A stretch of 64,000 nucleotides of DNA, from assembly GCA_964270895.1 (NCBI GenBank), contig OZ185440.1; one strand, written 5' to 3'. Source of the stretch: Podarcis filfolensis (lineage: Eukaryota). Below, in pieces: positions 60,353-64,000 of this stretch. The notes beneath the pieces were generated by a model. It made no database searches, was not told where the DNA came from, and worked only from the letters and a program-made list of their open reading frames with translations. Every line of letters begins with the position of its first letter. Positions within the stretch are counted from its first letter, which is position 1. A program made the translations under genes and the position numbers.

Positions 60353-62539
60353 ACAGCTGGACTGAGGATTGTAGACCCTGGAAGTACTGAAACAGGCTTT
60401 CTGATCCTCTGGATTAGAGCTGCCAGGATATTTTCCAATGGGCACATTGCATGGTACAAAATTTTTGCATAGAAAGCATAGACTAGAAAATAGCCACCAG
60501 TTGATGGCTATCTTGGTCCAAGAATGTGGAACATCGATGTGAATTATATGGAATGTATCTTTGTCCTGCACCTTGAATGATTAATTTGAAACATTTAACG
60601 CTCATACTGCTTGAAGCAGGAGATGGCTTAATAGCCCAGAATATGCATCAGCTTCCCATCATGTGTACTCGTGGCTGTAGTGATTCTGCACCCACAGGCA
60701 GGCTCAAGGAATGGCAAATGGCCTTAAACAACTCTAATAGCTTTTTTAACTCAAATAGCTTTTTGATTGAATTATCAACTTGAGACTCTTCTATACCTCA
60801 GTTTTGTCATTTAAATAATGGAGTGAGCCATGTATGATTGAAAAAAGCAATTGCTGGCATCTACAGTTTGAGCCAACAGATTCACCTTTTGGATTAATGG
60901 TTTGTGTATGTACAGTATACCTTAGATGTTTAATGAAATGAGAAGCACCTTAGAAGAACACAAATGATAAGCAATTTTTAAAAATGGTTTTAAAAAACTG
61001 GGTTCATTAATTTTGAGGGCAGTCATTGATTTTATTTTGTGCTGCACACATTTGGCAGTCCTGACAACAGTAAGTGGGCATTGCCAAATTCCAGAGTGGT
61101 CTTAGCATGATGTGGCATGAAGATGTCAGTTTAGACAGTACATTTTGAAACAGCATCGTTTCCCTGTCTCCAAGCTTCATCTATATGCATCATTTTTGAG
61201 AAAGGAAAGTGCTTCAGTTCCCACAACATGGACTTTTCCAGTTCCAGAACTGGATCACAAAAGAAAAAACATTTATTATAATTTCCAGAGGTGAAGCCAT
61301 GTTAGTATCTTGCAGCAAAAACATAAGCTTTTCTGGACTACAGTCCACTTCATCAGACACATGAAATGTTATGCTAATCTGCAGGTGTGCAGATACATGT
61401 TGGGTGGCAGTGAATTGTAAACTTAGGTCAGAAGGGAAAACAACAACTGCATACATGTGAAGAGTTTCCGAGTTCACTTTTTTACCATTATTGTTTACAG
61501 TGTTAATAATTTGAATACCCCCCTCCCTCTCTCAAAGATATACAAACAAGCTGCCTTTTGGAAAACTTTAAATATATACAGGGGTAGATTTGTAGTATTG
61601 TTACATGTTTTAGTTACATTGCTGCCCTGGGCTCCTTTAGAAGGAAGGGCAGGATATAAATTCAACAAGAATAATAACAATAATATGAAGATTATGTTAA
61701 TGCAAGCCATTCACAAATCTAATATTTATACATTTATTTGGCGGCTACTGATTTACCGACAATGGCACTAAAAATATGGCTTATTTTAATTATTGATCTT
61801 TCCCTGTTTGCTGTACGGAATGCTGATCAATTTGTTCAGAAGTGTTTCAGGGAAAATGTAGCATAATCACCAAAGTCTGTGCAGTATGTAGACCAAAGAA
61901 GATCTGCACCTTTAATTCCTACAGAATAATGCACCGGAACAAAGGCATACCTTATAAACAGTTGAACCTGCCTGCACTTTGAGAACAGCTTTGCTTTCTT
62001 TTCTGATGTTTTAAATTTTATATATTGTATGCTTTTTGGAAGCTGCTTTGAGATCTAGATGTAGTTAAAAGATGAGCCGTATTAAAAAAATAAATTCTAA
62101 ATAGAACAAAAAGTGTTCCTTTGAGGACCTGTGAGAGCGTTTCTCTTACCAAATGCCTAGCACAACCAGCTGCTTCACATCTGCAATTAGGCAAGAGAAC
62201 TCCTGTTCATCATTACAGAATATTTATAGAAAGATGCCCCATCACCTGGCTGAACATCACACTGTGAGTTTTTATTATTATTCAGCTTCAATTCTATAGG
62301 CCTGAGTTGGCTTTAAGATGTGGAGGTATCGGGATCCTTTCTTGAGTTTGTTCATCTGTCCCACTGAAGACTGTAGATCCTCTGTATCTCTTGGAAAACA
62401 AGTGTAGTCAAAGTTGGGCAGTGGCTATCCAGTGAAGTTGCTTATTTGTGCTTGAGTTCAGAAAGAGTAGAAGGAATCACGGTTCACCCTGCCTGGAGCC
62501 TGAAGCTGCTCAAGTGCCATTAAGTCATGGTGTGGCATT

Positions 62540-62765
62540 GCATGCATGATAATCTACAACAACTGTATGTTTTGCATGAACGACACCCGACTGCCCTCCT
62601 GGAATCTGACACGTGCTGCTATTCAAAATAGCTCTTGAGAAAGAAGACCTTAGAATAACTGCGGTTCCTCAGAACAATCAGTAGCTCTTGCCGCAACAGA
62701 GGCCTTAATTACACTGTCCAGACAGGACTTTAAGGTGCTTAGCTGCCATCTCCCTATCAGTGAGT
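62540..62765 (+). promoter_or_regulatory. Candidate muscle-type promoter and non-coding first exon (possibly MYH7B)
   Basis: TGATAA 62547, CACGTG 62610, MEF2-like TTCAAAATAG (1 mismatch) inside GCTATTCAAAATAGC 62618, donor TCA|gtgagt at 62760; recalled GSS-MYH7B synteny. Confidence 0.35.
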
Positions 62766-63495
62766 GAAAAGCTTTGGCGGCTAACTTTCATTCTGTATCA
62801 CATTCTTAAAATAAAGTCCGTCGTGCCCTTGTCCCTCCTGAACAGGAACCCAGTGATCCCCGAGGGTATAGCTCGGGTTCAAAGTTTTTCTCCTGCTGTG
62901 TGCCTGTCTGAATTACACTCACTGTGAAGATGATAACTCATCTAGTAAACATAGCATTGCCTTTCTCAAAAATCTGGAGAAAAGCCAGGGATGGCTGATG
63001 CTCATTTGCTTCCGAGAAATTTCTTGAGATCAAGAAATGAATGCTGGCTTCATACGGATTTTTATTCTGTTATCTTAATCCTCTTTGAAGCTACAATCCA
63101 TTCATGGTTTACTCCAGGGTAGGATCATCCATTTATGTGGGGCTATTCCACCCCCCCCCCGATTTTCTTTTATTTTTGAACCTGTCCAACATTTAAGAAT
63201 TCCATCCTATGCAGAAATGCACCCACCCTGGTGCCTCTCCGTTTGGAGGCTATCTAAGTGGGAACTGAAGAGAGGGAAGCCCCAGGCAGGTTTGGGAGGA
63301 ATCAACACTTTTATTAATTCCATCATCAGTCAGCAGAATATAAATTGGGATCTACTGGCAGATCTCTGGGTGATTTGCAATAATCGGCACAGGTTTATGA
63401 CTTTAACAAGTAAAATTTGAAAGTAAAATCTTGTTTTAAAATCTCTCATCCTAACCCTTTTTATTCTCTGAGGCTTCTGATGGGTAATCTGTGTT

Positions 63496-63547
63496 TGCTG
63501 CTGCTGCTGCTGCTGCTGCTGCTACTACTACTACTACTAATAATAAT
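63496..63547. repeat. Compound (CTG)n(CTA)n(TAA)n microsatellite
   Basis: Direct reading. Confidence 0.95.
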
Positions 63548-63715
63548 ATTTATACCCCACCCACCTGGCTGGGTTTCCCCAGCAATTCTGGGTGGCTTAC
63601 AGTACATATAAAAACAGCAAAACACCAAACATTAGAAACTTCCTGATACAGTGCTGCCTTCAGATGTCTTCTAAAAGTTATGTAGTTCTTTAGCTCTTTG
63701 ACATCTGATGGTTTG
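63548..63715 (-). mobile_element. L2-like LINE 3' end with microsatellite tail
   Basis: TTATACCCCACCC...CCCCAGC...GGTGGCTTAC and CCTGATACAGTGCTGCCTTCAGATG; abuts the (CTG/CTA/TAA)n repeat. Confidence 0.6.
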
Positions 63716-64000
63716 CTTTTATTTTGGACTATATCTCTTGTCATTGATGCTGTTGTTCTGTGGTTTATACATTGGTTTTCTTTTTATTGTAAACACCACA
63801 TATTTTAATAGAAGACACTATATACACACATTAAATAATGGTCTGTTAGTCCCAATTCCAATTTTAAAAATAAACATGAACATTCATGTACCAGAATCTT
63901 TATTTCCAAGGGAAATTCTCATAAAGACCGCCCCAGATTGTTTTAGGGATGTGCTTGGGGGAATTATCCATCACATTGATTCTACATAATTTTGAGTTCA

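Noticed and set aside
63417-63611. ORF with a poly-Leu stretch resembling a transmembrane segment
   Set aside because: Translation of a (CTG)n(CTA)n microsatellite
59300-64000. Searched for MYH7B coding exons and miR-499
   Set aside because: No myosin-like translation or matching hairpin seen; expected beyond the window

Overview
Vertebrate genomic DNA, probably a lacertid-type lizard (inferred from Sauria-SINE and Squam3-type SINE content). It holds three genes. (1) ACSS2 on +: coding exons 3-18 at 592..25997, with the 5' end outside the window. All exons have GT-AG boundaries and sum to 1732 nt; a 39-nt cassette exon lies at 8728..8766. (2) GSS on -: complete, 12 coding exons, 474 aa, 29668..40069, tail-to-tail with ACSS2. 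(3) An unrecognised + strand gene head-to-head with GSS across a CpG-island promoter. It can be spliced as 44308..44401, 44607..47361 and 49005..49110 into a 984-aa Ser/Cys-rich protein built mostly from one 2.75-kb exon. The shared promoter has NF-Y boxes flanked by two divergent CHR (TTTGAATGT) plus MYB-site modules, i.e. a DREAM/MMB/A-MYB-type layout. GSS intron 1 carries a perfect NRF2/sMaf ARE. ACSS2 intron 7 contains several further candidate cassette or poison exons. A candidate muscle promoter and first exon near 62.5-62.8 kb may belong to MYH7B, which is expected downstream; no myosin coding sequence or miR-499 is in the window. The rest is introns and repeats (SINEs, TA-flanked MITEs, CR1, L2, Bov-B, microsatellites). 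Exon numbering and human comparisons are from memory; no database search was run.
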